The position numbers and the translations under genes are program-made. Under the pieces are notes generated by a model. It saw nothing but the letters and a program-made list of their open reading frames with translations, had not been told where the DNA came from and did no database searches. DNA of 64,000 nt, taken from the NCBI GenBank assembly GCA_029945665.1, contig JAQSCZ010000100.1, positions 10,584 through 74,583 on the forward strand, read 5' to 3'. Shown piece by piece: positions 56,151 through 64,000 of the stretch (position 1 is the stretch's first letter; each line of letters opens with the position of its first letter). The stretch is from a bacterium. GTDB lineage: Bacteria > Bacteroidota > Bacteroidia > NS11-12g > UBA955.

Positions 56151-56349
56151 TTCTTATTTTAATAAAAACAACCTTTGTATGACTATTTAAATTTATTTTA
56201 AATAACAATCAAATAACAATTCTAAATCTTGTTTGGTTTAGATAGATTGCTGTTATTTGCAGAACTGATTGAAAATGTCGGTTATTCATTTTTACCAACA
56301 CGCTATGTATAACCCTTTTCAGTATTTATAAAGATAATTCCACATCAAA

Positions 56350-57369
56350 ATGTTTAAACTGTTTCGTTCCATTTTATTTTTAATGTCTGCCGAAAAGGCT
56401 CATTATGTCACTCTTTCATTGCTTAATTTCTTAATCAGTATTCCAGGCGTTGGCGCTTTAATTAAGGGTTTATACCGCAATAGAAATCAAAAAACGGTGA
56501 AAGCCTTTGGGATAGAATTTCCAAATAAGGCTGGATTAGCCGCAGGATTTGATAAGAACGCTAAATACTTAAAAGTAATGCAAGTGCTTGGATTTGGCCA
56601 TGTTGAAATCGGTACTGTTACGCCACTTCCGCAAGCTGGAAATGATCTACCACGATTGTTTAGATTAATTGAAGACGAGGCCATCATTAACCGTATGGGC
56701 TTTAATAACGATGGTGTCGAAGTAATTATTGAACGACTAAAATCGCGCCCAAAAGGCCTGATAGTTGGTGGAAATATTGGCAAAAACAAAGTAACGCCCA
56801 ATGAAAAAGCAATTGATGATTATAAAATATGCTTCGATAAATTGTATCCTTATGTTGATTATTTTACGGTCAATGTAAGCAGTCCTAACACCCCTGGTTT
56901 GCGTGAGTTACAAGACAAAAAACCGTTGACAGAAATCTTGAATGCTTTGATGGAGCTAAGGAAAACAAAAGTTGAAAACGGTTCCATACGATTACCAATT
57001 TTATTGAAAATTGCTCCCGATTTAACCAATGAACAGTTGGATGACATTGTCAGTTTAACCCTAGAAACAGGGATTGATGGCATTGTTGCAACGAATACTA
57101 CTATTAGTAGAGAAGGCTTAAAGGCCAGTAAAGCCGAAGTGGAAGCAATAGGCATGGGTGGATTGAGCGGCAAACCTATTATGCAGCGGTCTACAGAAGT
57201 ATTGGGTTATTTAAATACCCATTTAAAAGGCAAAGTAGAATTAATTGGTGTAGGTGGTATTTTAAGTAAAATAGATGCTGAAGATAAATTTAATAACGGG
57301 GCAGTATTAGTTCAGATTTATTCTGGCTTTATATACGAAGGACCAGCGCTTGTTAAAAAAATTAGTTAA
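56350..57369 (+). CDS. pyrD: Dihydroorotate dehydrogenase (quinone), class 2
   Basis: An N-terminal membrane-association helix is followed by GLAAGFDKNA, VEIGTVTP, NRMGFNN, IGKNK, NVSSPNTPGLR and GGLSGKP. Confidence 0.92.
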   Translation: MFKLFRSILFLMSAEKAHYVTLSLLNFLISIPGVGALIKGLYRNRNQKTVKAFGIEFPNKAGLAAGFDKNAKYLKVMQVLGFGHVEIGTVTPLPQAGNDLPRLFRLIEDEAIINRMGFNNDGVEVIIERLKSRPKGLIVGGNIGKNKVTPNEKAIDDYKICFDKLYPYVDYFTVNVSSPNTPGLRELQDKKPLTEILNALMELRKTKVENGSIRLPILLKIAPDLTNEQLDDIVSLTLETGIDGIVATNTTISREGLKASKAEVEAIGMGGLSGKPIMQRSTEVLGYLNTHLKGKVELIGVGGILSKIDAEDKFNNGAVLVQIYSGFIYEGPALVKKIS

Positions 57370-57435
57370 TTTCTTTAAATGGATTAAACCTTTCTCATCT
57401 CAATCTGTCGAATCAATAATAAGATTCTAAATTAA

Positions 57436-57831
57436 ATGAAAAAAGTATTGTTAAGTATCGTAGCTGCCGTGTTTGCAGTAAGTACTTTCGCCCAAGATGG
57501 TGCCAAAGTTAAAAAGACACCCGAACAGATTGCCACTAAAAAAGCTGACAAGTTGAAAACTGAATTGGCATTGAGCGATGACCAACGCACAAAAGTGTAC
57601 ACTATTTTATTAGAGAGTACAACAAAAATCCAGGCAATTAAAGCGAAGTACCCCAATGACAAAAAGGCTGCACACGCTGAAATTAAACCAATCAGAGAAA
57701 CCAGCGAGGCTTCTATCAAAGCTATTTTAACCCCCGAGCAAGTGACTAAATGGGAGGCTTTAAAAAATGAGAAAAAGGAGAAAACAAAAGCGAAGAAAGC
57801 TAAAAAAGACGATGATGATGACAATGATTAA
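57436..57831 (+). CDS. Small secreted LTxxQ-motif protein (Spy/CpxP-like) with a Lys-rich region and a poly-Asp tail
   Basis: Signal peptide MKKVLLSIVAAVFAVSTFAQ. LSDDQ and LTPEQ motifs are present. The C-terminus is KEKTKAKKAKKDDDDDND, followed by a strong plus-strand terminator. Confidence 0.65.
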   Translation: MKKVLLSIVAAVFAVSTFAQDGAKVKKTPEQIATKKADKLKTELALSDDQRTKVYTILLESTTKIQAIKAKYPNDKKAAHAEIKPIRETSEASIKAILTPEQVTKWEALKNEKKEKTKAKKAKKDDDDDND

Positions 57832-57850
57832 TTCATAGCCCTTATATTTA

Positions 57851-57896
57851 ATAAACCCCCTTTCAATAAATTTGTAAAGGGGGTTTATTTTTTTTC
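57851..57896 (+). terminator. Rho-independent terminator
   Basis: AAACCCCCTTT / AAAGGGGGTTT 11-bp stem followed by ATTTTTTTT. Confidence 0.85.
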
Positions 57897-57902
57897 ATAA
57901 TT

Positions 57903-58382
57903 ATGACTAAACTTGCAAGTGCTATGAATTCGATACCTTATAAAAACCAAATTCAATTTCTAATCTATTTTAGCTTATCAACTATATTTACATGGTGGTT
58001 TGTATCATTATCTCCAATGTATATTAGCACAAGACAGGAAATTCTCTCAACTTTTATTGCAGGGGGCAAATGGGGCTTACAAATAATACTCGCTTTTGTA
58101 TTTCTGAAGAATCAAAGATGGTATTTTGTTAGAAATATTGGAGTTGTTTGTTTCCTTGGTTCATGTATTTTAATGCCATACGTAGTTTTAAGTTATTTTG
58201 GAGTTGTTAATGACGCCCTGTTTTTTATTGGTTCCTTGTTGGCATCTGTAATTGGAATGATCTATTATTATTACAAAGCTGTGAAACTAAGTCAAGTTCA
58301 TCTCAAATGGTGGCTGTTTTGGCTATTTTGCTTAGGCATTGCTATTTCACTACAGCTAACCATTGTATTCCATGTAGTTTAG
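57903..58382 (+). CDS. Hypothetical four-TM membrane protein
   Basis: 159 aa with four hydrophobic segments. No family was recognised. Confidence 0.5.
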   Translation: MTKLASAMNSIPYKNQIQFLIYFSLSTIFTWWFVSLSPMYISTRQEILSTFIAGGKWGLQIILAFVFLKNQRWYFVRNIGVVCFLGSCILMPYVVLSYFGVVNDALFFIGSLLASVIGMIYYYYKAVKLSQVHLKWWLFWLFCLGIAISLQLTIVFHVV

Positions 58383-58455
58383 ATAAATTTAGTCGTTTAA
58401 TAAAGGGTTAAAACGATTCATTGAAATTCAATTTTCACAATGCCGCTTAAAAGAA

Positions 58456-58463
58456 TACCTTTG
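58456..58463 (+). promoter_or_regulatory. Candidate -7 box TACCTTTG for yidC
   Basis: Exact TAnnTTTG, 27 nt upstream of ATG 58491. Confidence 0.45.
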
Positions 58464-58490
58464 CAACCTTAAAAAAAAGGTTTAAACAAA

Positions 58491-60332
58491 ATGGATCGTA
58501 ATTCTATCATTGGTCTCTCACTAATTTTTCTTCTATTTGTTGGTTATTGGTTTATCAATAAACCCAGCGATGCCGACCTCGCCAGACAACAGCATTTCAA
58601 CGATTCTATGTCGATGGCTGAGAAAAACAAATCTGTTGAAGCCAACTTATTCAATGCTGAAAAGCAACATTTGAAAGATAGCATAGCCAATGCTTTATTA
58701 AATGATTCGAACGCTTTAACTCAGAAATTTGGCGGTTTAGCGCAACATGTTAGAGGTGAAGAAAAACTCTACACGCTTGAAAACAATGAAATGAAAATCA
58801 CCTTGAGTTCAAAAGGTGGTTCGATTAAACAAATCCAACTAAAGCAATACAAAAGAGCTGATTCTTCTGAACTCTTGCTTTTAAGTAAAGAAAGCGTGCA
58901 CCAATTGGAATTCCAAACCCGTGAGAATACCATAAAAACAGGTGACTTCTTTTGGGAGGTAAAAAGCGTTGATGCAAAAAATGCAATTTTCCGTTTAACC
59001 TATTCCCCAAACCAATACATAGAGCATATCTATCATATTAGTCCTTCAGGATTTAATTTGGACCATCAAATTAAAACCAGTGGTTTAAATAATTTATTAG
59101 TCCCAAATACCAAATTGATATTACAATGGAACAACGATGTGCCATTGCAAGAATATGAGCGAGAGAAAGAACGCATATTAACGGCAGTATATTATAAATA
59201 TCCTGAAGAAAAAGCGGATTACATGGGAGAAACTAAGTTCGATGAAATGCGCACCAAGCAAGCAACCGAATGGGTGAGTTTCAAACAACAGTTCTTCAAT
59301 ACAACGATCATTGCCAAAGAGCCCTTTTTAAAAGAAAGTTTATTGAAATCTGATCCTCCACAGAACGAAAAAAACGTGGAGCACTTGACCGCTCATTTGG
59401 AATTACCTTATAAATCAGAAGTTGAAAAAACATTTGATTTGAAATTTTATTTTGGGCCGAACAAATTTCAATTGCTAAAAGAGCAGAACATAGGATTAGA
59501 AAAAATCATTCCTTTAGGTTGGGGTATATTCGGTTGGATTAATCGCTTTATGATTATACCAATTTTCAACTTTTTAAGCAGCTTCTTAAGCAATTATGGT
59601 ATCATCATTTTACTATTAACACTGATTGTAAAAACCTTGCTATTGCCTTTGGTTTACCGCTCTTATAAGTCGACTGCAAAAATGAAATTGTTAAAACCGG
59701 AGATGGATGCCATCAAAGAAAAAAACAAGGACAATATGCAAGCGGCTCAAATGGAGAACCTACAATTGTACAAAAAAGTAGGTGTTAATCCATTGGGCGG
59801 GTGTTTACCATTGTTACTTCAAATGCCAATTTTAGTTGCCGTGTTCCAATTTGTACCATCAGCATTTGAATTCAGACAGCAATCATTTTTATGGGCAACA
59901 GATTTATCTCATTATGATTCAATTTTCAACTTTCCAGATTATCCAATACTAATGTCTATTTATGGTAATCATGTGAGTTTGTTTACCTTATTAATGACCA
60001 TTTCAACTTTGATTTACACCAGAATGAACAATCAAATGTCGGGTGTAAATGAACAAATGAAATACATTGGTTATCTAATGCCTATTATGTTTTTAGGATT
60101 CTTTAACTCTTATGCAGCTGCGTTATCATATTATTATTTCTTAAGTAACTGTGTAACTTTTACACAGCAATGGTTTATTAAAAAGTTTGTAGACGAAGAC
60201 AAGCTGCATGCGCAACTTAACGAAGCAAGAAGTAAAAACGGAACCAGTAAAAAATCTGCTTTTCAAATGCGATTAGAGGATATGGCCAAAACACGTGGCC
60301 TTGACCCTAGTACCATGAAAAAGAAAAAGTAA
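58491..60332 (+). CDS. yidC: Membrane protein insertase YidC
   Basis: An N-terminal TM is followed by a large periplasmic domain and then the conserved core (NYGIIILLLTLIVKTLLLPL, KPEMDAIKEK, NPLGGCLPLLLQMPIL). Confidence 0.92.
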   Translation: MDRNSIIGLSLIFLLFVGYWFINKPSDADLARQQHFNDSMSMAEKNKSVEANLFNAEKQHLKDSIANALLNDSNALTQKFGGLAQHVRGEEKLYTLENNEMKITLSSKGGSIKQIQLKQYKRADSSELLLLSKESVHQLEFQTRENTIKTGDFFWEVKSVDAKNAIFRLTYSPNQYIEHIYHISPSGFNLDHQIKTSGLNNLLVPNTKLILQWNNDVPLQEYEREKERILTAVYYKYPEEKADYMGETKFDEMRTKQATEWVSFKQQFFNTTIIAKEPFLKESLLKSDPPQNEKNVEHLTAHLELPYKSEVEKTFDLKFYFGPNKFQLLKEQNIGLEKIIPLGWGIFGWINRFMIIPIFNFLSSFLSNYGIIILLLTLIVKTLLLPLVYRSYKSTAKMKLLKPEMDAIKEKNKDNMQAAQMENLQLYKKVGVNPLGGCLPLLLQMPILVAVFQFVPSAFEFRQQSFLWATDLSHYDSIFNFPDYPILMSIYGNHVSLFTLLMTISTLIYTRMNNQMSGVNEQMKYIGYLMPIMFLGFFNSYAAALSYYYFLSNCVTFTQQWFIKKFVDEDKLHAQLNEARSKNGTSKKSAFQMRLEDMAKTRGLDPSTMKKKK

Positions 60333-60338
60333 TTCACC

Positions 60339-61067
60339 TTGCAGTTATTTTACATTGCTCATATTGACAATGATAAGGCAATTCTTAAGGAAGAAGAAGC
60401 CAGACATGTAAAAGTATTACGTAAAAATATCAATGACCAATTACACTTAATTGACGGCAATGGTTATTTATATGAAGCGTTGATTAGTGGCATTATAGAC
60501 ACCAAAAAGGCAAACGAGGTACATTTGGAAATTATATCCAAAACCCTGCAAGCCCGCAATAGAAATTACCACTTCCATTTATTTATTGCACCTACTAAAC
60601 AAAATGAGCGCGTTGAATGGATGCTTGAAAAAGCCATTGAAACTGGCTTAGATGCAATTACATTTATACAAACTGAGCATTCTGAAAAGAGCAGAGTAAA
60701 CATGGGTAGGTTAGAGAAAATTTGTATTTCAGCCATGAAACAAAGTGGCGAATTTTATAAACCTGTGATTAATGATTTGGTTCTTCTGAAGGATGTTCTA
60801 AAGAAAAATACAGAAAGCTTGCAATTAATAGCCCATTGTAATACGCGATTTGAAAAACAAAGCCTACAAGCTTATTCCGCATCTTTAAGTACTAAGCATA
60901 TTCAGATTTTTATTGGACCTGAAGGAGATTTTTCGGAGAATGAAATAAATGTAGCCTACACCATGGGATATAAAGGCTTAAGTTTAGGCACAACGCGACT
61001 TCGCACAGAGACGGCGGGTTTATATGCTGCCATGGGGTTGAGTGCTCTATTAGGGAATAGTCACTAG
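60339..61067 (+). CDS. rsmE: 16S rRNA (uracil1498-N3)-methyltransferase
   Basis: TTG start. (M)QLFYI..., RHVKVLR, EWMLEKAIETG and IGPEGDFSENE are present. Confidence 0.85.
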   Translation: MQLFYIAHIDNDKAILKEEEARHVKVLRKNINDQLHLIDGNGYLYEALISGIIDTKKANEVHLEIISKTLQARNRNYHFHLFIAPTKQNERVEWMLEKAIETGLDAITFIQTEHSEKSRVNMGRLEKICISAMKQSGEFYKPVINDLVLLKDVLKKNTESLQLIAHCNTRFEKQSLQAYSASLSTKHIQIFIGPEGDFSENEINVAYTMGYKGLSLGTTRLRTETAGLYAAMGLSALLGNSH

Positions 61068-61119
61068 GGAATAATGTATTTTTACGCCCTCTATTTTCAA
61101 GCAATCGCTATCCTCTCAC

Positions 61120-61620
61120 TTATTTAACCTTAGCCTTTGCTTTCGCAGTAACTTTCGCTTTGGGGGCCGCCTTTGCTTTCGGAGTTGTTGTTTTTGCTTT
61201 GGCGGGAGATTTAGCTTTTGCTTTAGCCTTGGGCGCTAACACCATAAATGGATTTGATTCATCTATTTCGGTAATTTCAGCATCGCCCCAAAGTTCTTCA
61301 ATCGCATAGAAATCGCGTTTTTCTTCTTTAAAAACATGCGCTACGATATCAAAATAATCCAACAATATCCAATCAGATTGCTCTGACCCTTCAACATGCC
61401 AAGGCTTCTCTCCTGTTTGTTTGCGCACTATCTCTTCGATACTATCTGCAATTGCATTCACTTGCTTATCGCTGGTGGCATGACAGATTATAAAATAATC
61501 GGCCATGGCAGACGATAATTTTCTTAAATCTAGAACAGTGATTTTGTTGGCTTTCTTCTCTAACATACCATTCACGATGGCATCTTTTAAATCAATTTTG
61601 GCAATCTTATTTTTTGGCAT
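61120..61620 (-). CDS. rsfS: Ribosome silencing factor RsfS with a 38-aa Lys/Ala/Pro-rich C-terminal extension
   Basis: The core is KANKITVLDLRKLSSMADYFIICHATSDKQVNAIADSI...WILLDYFDIVAHVF...YAIEELWGDA. The tail is APKAKAKAKSPAKAKTTTPKAKAAPKAKVTAKAKAKVK (nt 61123-61236). Confidence 0.85.
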   Translation of the reverse strand: MPKNKIAKIDLKDAIVNGMLEKKANKITVLDLRKLSSAMADYFIICHATSDKQVNAIADSIEEIVRKQTGEKPWHVEGSEQSDWILLDYFDIVAHVFKEEKRDFYAIEELWGDAEITEIDESNPFMVLAPKAKAKAKSPAKAKTTTPKAKAAPKAKVTAKAKAKVK

Positions 61621-61655
61621 TAACCTTGTAACTTTAGAATTATTATTTTAAAACT

Positions 61656-62432
61656 TTGACTGCAAAAATAAAACCAAATACCCAAATAATAGGACAAAAC
61701 CTTGTTTATTTTGCAAGATTGGATTCTACCAACCATTTAGCGATGGAAATGCACAAAAATCAAATCATAGAAAATGGCACAATAATCTATACAGATGAGC
61801 AAACCCATGGCAGGGGTCAACAACAAAAAGTTTGGGAAAGTGCACCTTACGAAAATCTTTTATTCTCTATATTACTAAAACCTGTAACAAATTATAGTGC
61901 CAACCCGTTTACACTCAATAAATGTATAACAATGGCACTTTGTAATTTTCTAAAAGAACAACTCCCGAGTGCCAAAGTAAATATTAAATGGCCCAACGAC
62001 TTAATGGTTAACAATAAAAAAATAGCGGGTGTTTTGATTGAAAATATTTTCAGTGGGCAACAACTTAGTGCAAGCGTTGTAGGGGTGGGAATGAATATTA
62101 ACCAGCAATTTGGCAACCATTCGAATTTAACTGCAACTTCATTTGCAGATATTAAAAATGAAACTGTTGACCGATGGATGCTTTTTCAACAGCTAATAGA
62201 AAAAATTGACGCGTACTATTTAAATATGTTAGATGGTGATCTTTCAGGTATTGAAAACGAATTTAATGAATCACTTATAGGATACCACGAAACTGTGGCA
62301 TTTGAAATTGATAATCAAGTGGTATACGCACAAATAGAGGGCTGTGACGCCGATGGACGTTTAATGATTTCGCATAGCAATGTACTAAAGGCCTACCAGC
62401 ATGGTGGTATTAAACAATTAATAAAAGCTTGA
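61656..62432 (+). CDS. birA: Biotin-[acetyl-CoA-carboxylase] ligase
   Basis: TTG start. LDSTN, QTHGRGQQQKVWES and KWPNDLMVNNKKIAGVLIE are present. Confidence 0.88.
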   Translation: MTAKIKPNTQIIGQNLVYFARLDSTNHLAMEMHKNQIIENGTIIYTDEQTHGRGQQQKVWESAPYENLLFSILLKPVTNYSANPFTLNKCITMALCNFLKEQLPSAKVNIKWPNDLMVNNKKIAGVLIENIFSGQQLSASVVGVGMNINQQFGNHSNLTATSFADIKNETVDRWMLFQQLIEKIDAYYLNMLDGDLSGIENEFNESLIGYHETVAFEIDNQVVYAQIEGCDADGRLMISHSNVLKAYQHGGIKQLIKA

Positions 62433-63136
62433 AAAAAGGTGTAATAGATATCGGGAATACGAGAAATAAGGCCGGTCTTTTTAACGAAAAGGGCGAACTG
62501 GAATTGATTGAAACATTTGATTCTGCGAATGCCGCAGCATTGTGGCTAAGTCAATTAGGAGCTAAAAAAATATTTGTTTCTGATGTGAAGGGCGTTGAAA
62601 TTGAAGAAGCGGAAGGCATATTCATTCAGTATTTAAACGCAACAACCAAATTACCTTTCAAAAACTTGTACAAAACACCCAACACGTTGGGTACAGATAG
62701 AATTGCGGCAATGGCTGCCGTGGCACAGTTATATTTAAATGAAGCCAGTTTGGTGTTTGATATTGGATCTTGTATGACCATCGATTTATTAGAGCCTGAT
62801 GGCTCCTATTTTGGAGGCAATATTTCGCCTGGCCTGAAAATGCGCTTGAAAGCGATGCAACATTTTACTGGAAAACTTCCAATATCGAGCTTAGACAGCC
62901 TTCATCTACCAATGGGTAACAGCACGCTTTCTGCCCTTGCCAATGGCGCTTTAACTGGCCTGAAGTATGAAATTGAAGGTTATATAGAAACTACATTAAC
63001 TCGATTTCCAAAAGCCAATATAATTCTATGTGGTGGTGACGCACATTATTTTGAGAAACAGTTAAAATATAGGATATTTGCAAACCATAATTTGGTATTA
63101 CTTGGATTGTACCAATTGTTAATAATCAATGATTAA
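62429..63136 (+). CDS. coaX: Type III pantothenate kinase
   Basis: The TTG start is in a TTGA overlap with the birA stop. VIDIGNTRNK, LGTDR and GGDA are present. Confidence 0.85.
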   Translation: MKKGVIDIGNTRNKAGLFNEKGELELIETFDSANAAALWLSQLGAKKIFVSDVKGVEIEEAEGIFIQYLNATTKLPFKNLYKTPNTLGTDRIAAMAAVAQLYLNEASLVFDIGSCMTIDLLEPDGSYFGGNISPGLKMRLKAMQHFTGKLPISSLDSLHLPMGNSTLSALANGALTGLKYEIEGYIETTLTRFPKANIILCGGDAHYFEKQLKYRIFANHNLVLLGLYQLLIIND

Positions 63137-64000
63137 AATTAAAAAGTTTGTTTTCTTCCTCACCCTTTTGAGTCCTGCTTTTATAGCATCGGCCCAAAAC
63201 AACACCCATTCGCCATACTCCGCCAGAGGCATTGGCGAAATAGAACAATTTAATGGAGCCTATAATAAAGCATTAGGCAATGTTTCTAACGGCATTCGAA
63301 GCACACGATTTATTTCATTCTCTAATCCTGCCTCTATTGCAGCACTAAAACAAGTTGTTTTCGATTTTGGCTTCCATGCTGAGTCTGGACAATCAAATAC
63401 TTCAAATGCTTCACGCACTTACTACAACGGAAATTTTAGCTATATAACACTTGGCTTTCCTGTTTGGAAGAAAGAGATATTAGTAAAAGATACTTCCAAA
63501 GGTAAAAATGGAGGAACTGGCAAAACAAATATCATTAAAACTTACAAAACTATATGGAGTTCGGCATTGGGTTTAACACCTTATTCAAATATTGGAACTT
63601 CTTATTTTAAAAGTCAAGATACCACCTATGGTAGTCTCATAAATTTTTACGCAAAATCAGGAGGTTTATCTCGCTTCTTTCTTATGAACGGGGTTAACCT
63701 CAATAAGAATATTTCATTGGGATTGAATGTCTCCTATGTGTTTGGACAGATTAGAAATAATCAAGTGTTTTTTATACAAGACTCAGGGGTTAGCAGAGCA
63801 TTATATGATGAAAGCATCTATCAGTTGCGCGGATTTAAATTCGACTTTGGTTTACAAAGTCAGCACCACGATACATTTACCAAAAGAATTACAATTACAA
63901 AAAGAGATACCATCAGAGAAGTTGGCGGTAAAATCACCGTTAATGTACAAACGAATACAATCATTAAATACATCCCTATTAAATTCGTATGGGGTGCAAC
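63130..64000 (+). CDS. 3'-truncated CDS: putative outer-membrane beta-barrel protein (not in the supplied ORF track because it has no stop in the window)
   Basis: The ATG at 63130 overlaps the coaX stop by 7 nt. I translated it by hand and found no in-frame stop through 64000. Signal peptide MIKIKKFVFFLTLLSPAFIASAQ is followed by NTHSPYSARGIGE and alternating beta-strand-like segments. Confidence 0.6.

Noticed and set aside
56487-57173. Two 104-aa minus-strand ORFs lie inside pyrD.
   Set aside because: They are antisense to a CDS with all class-2 DHODH motifs. These are shadow ORFs.
1-64000. A genomic island, prophage, defence system, toxin-antitoxin pair or mobile element anywhere in the window.
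   Set aside because: No integrase, transposase, recombinase, phage structural, restriction-modification, Cas, reverse transcriptase or small paired toxin/antitoxin ORFs were recognised. There are no flanking tRNA or direct repeats, and base composition looks uniform by eye.

Overview
This is a dense, visibly AT-rich chromosomal segment with about 62 protein-coding genes. Gene content and order point to Bacteroidota, probably Flavobacteriia-like: the DUF4835-coaBC-rpoZ-bamD block, three T9SS C-terminal sorting domains, an S46 peptidase, sdhCAB with a b558-type cytochrome, and the lack of obvious Shine-Dalgarno sequences. Almost everything is core housekeeping. That includes shikimate genes (aroK, aroA, aroB), DNA repair (recQ, mutS2, recF, radC), ffh, yidC, rpoZ, bamD, the CoA pathway (coaB/coaC, coaX, birA), sdhCAB, pyrD, pdhA, ribH, rpe, ppa, gatC, plsC and mlaEF. 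I found no rRNA, tRNA, CRISPR array, transposase, integrase, phage gene or recognisable defence or toxin-antitoxin gene. The accessory-looking content is three T9SS-secreted surface proteins (1015 aa PKD-rich, 1652 aa adhesin-like with a type-B CTD, 434 aa unknown) and one insulated four-gene envelope operon next to a SusD-less TonB-dependent receptor. That operon encodes an LVIVD-like lipoprotein, a second lipoprotein, a small OM beta-barrel and a GH16 enzyme. It is my best candidate for an undescribed system, but the evidence is motif-level only. Other points worth a second look are listed here.
- coaBC is split into two overlapping ORFs.
- RsfS carries a histone-H1-like Lys/Ala tail.
- The pdhA and recF promoters are interleaved.
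- Two predicted mRNAs appear leaderless.
- At least 10 genes have a TTG start with no ATG alternative.
- Two long intergenic regions contain short repeats or palindromes.
Sixteen exact matches to the Bacteroidota -7 promoter consensus TAnnTTTG lie just upstream of start codons and helped refine several starts. All calls come from reading the translations and the DNA by eye, and no database search was run.
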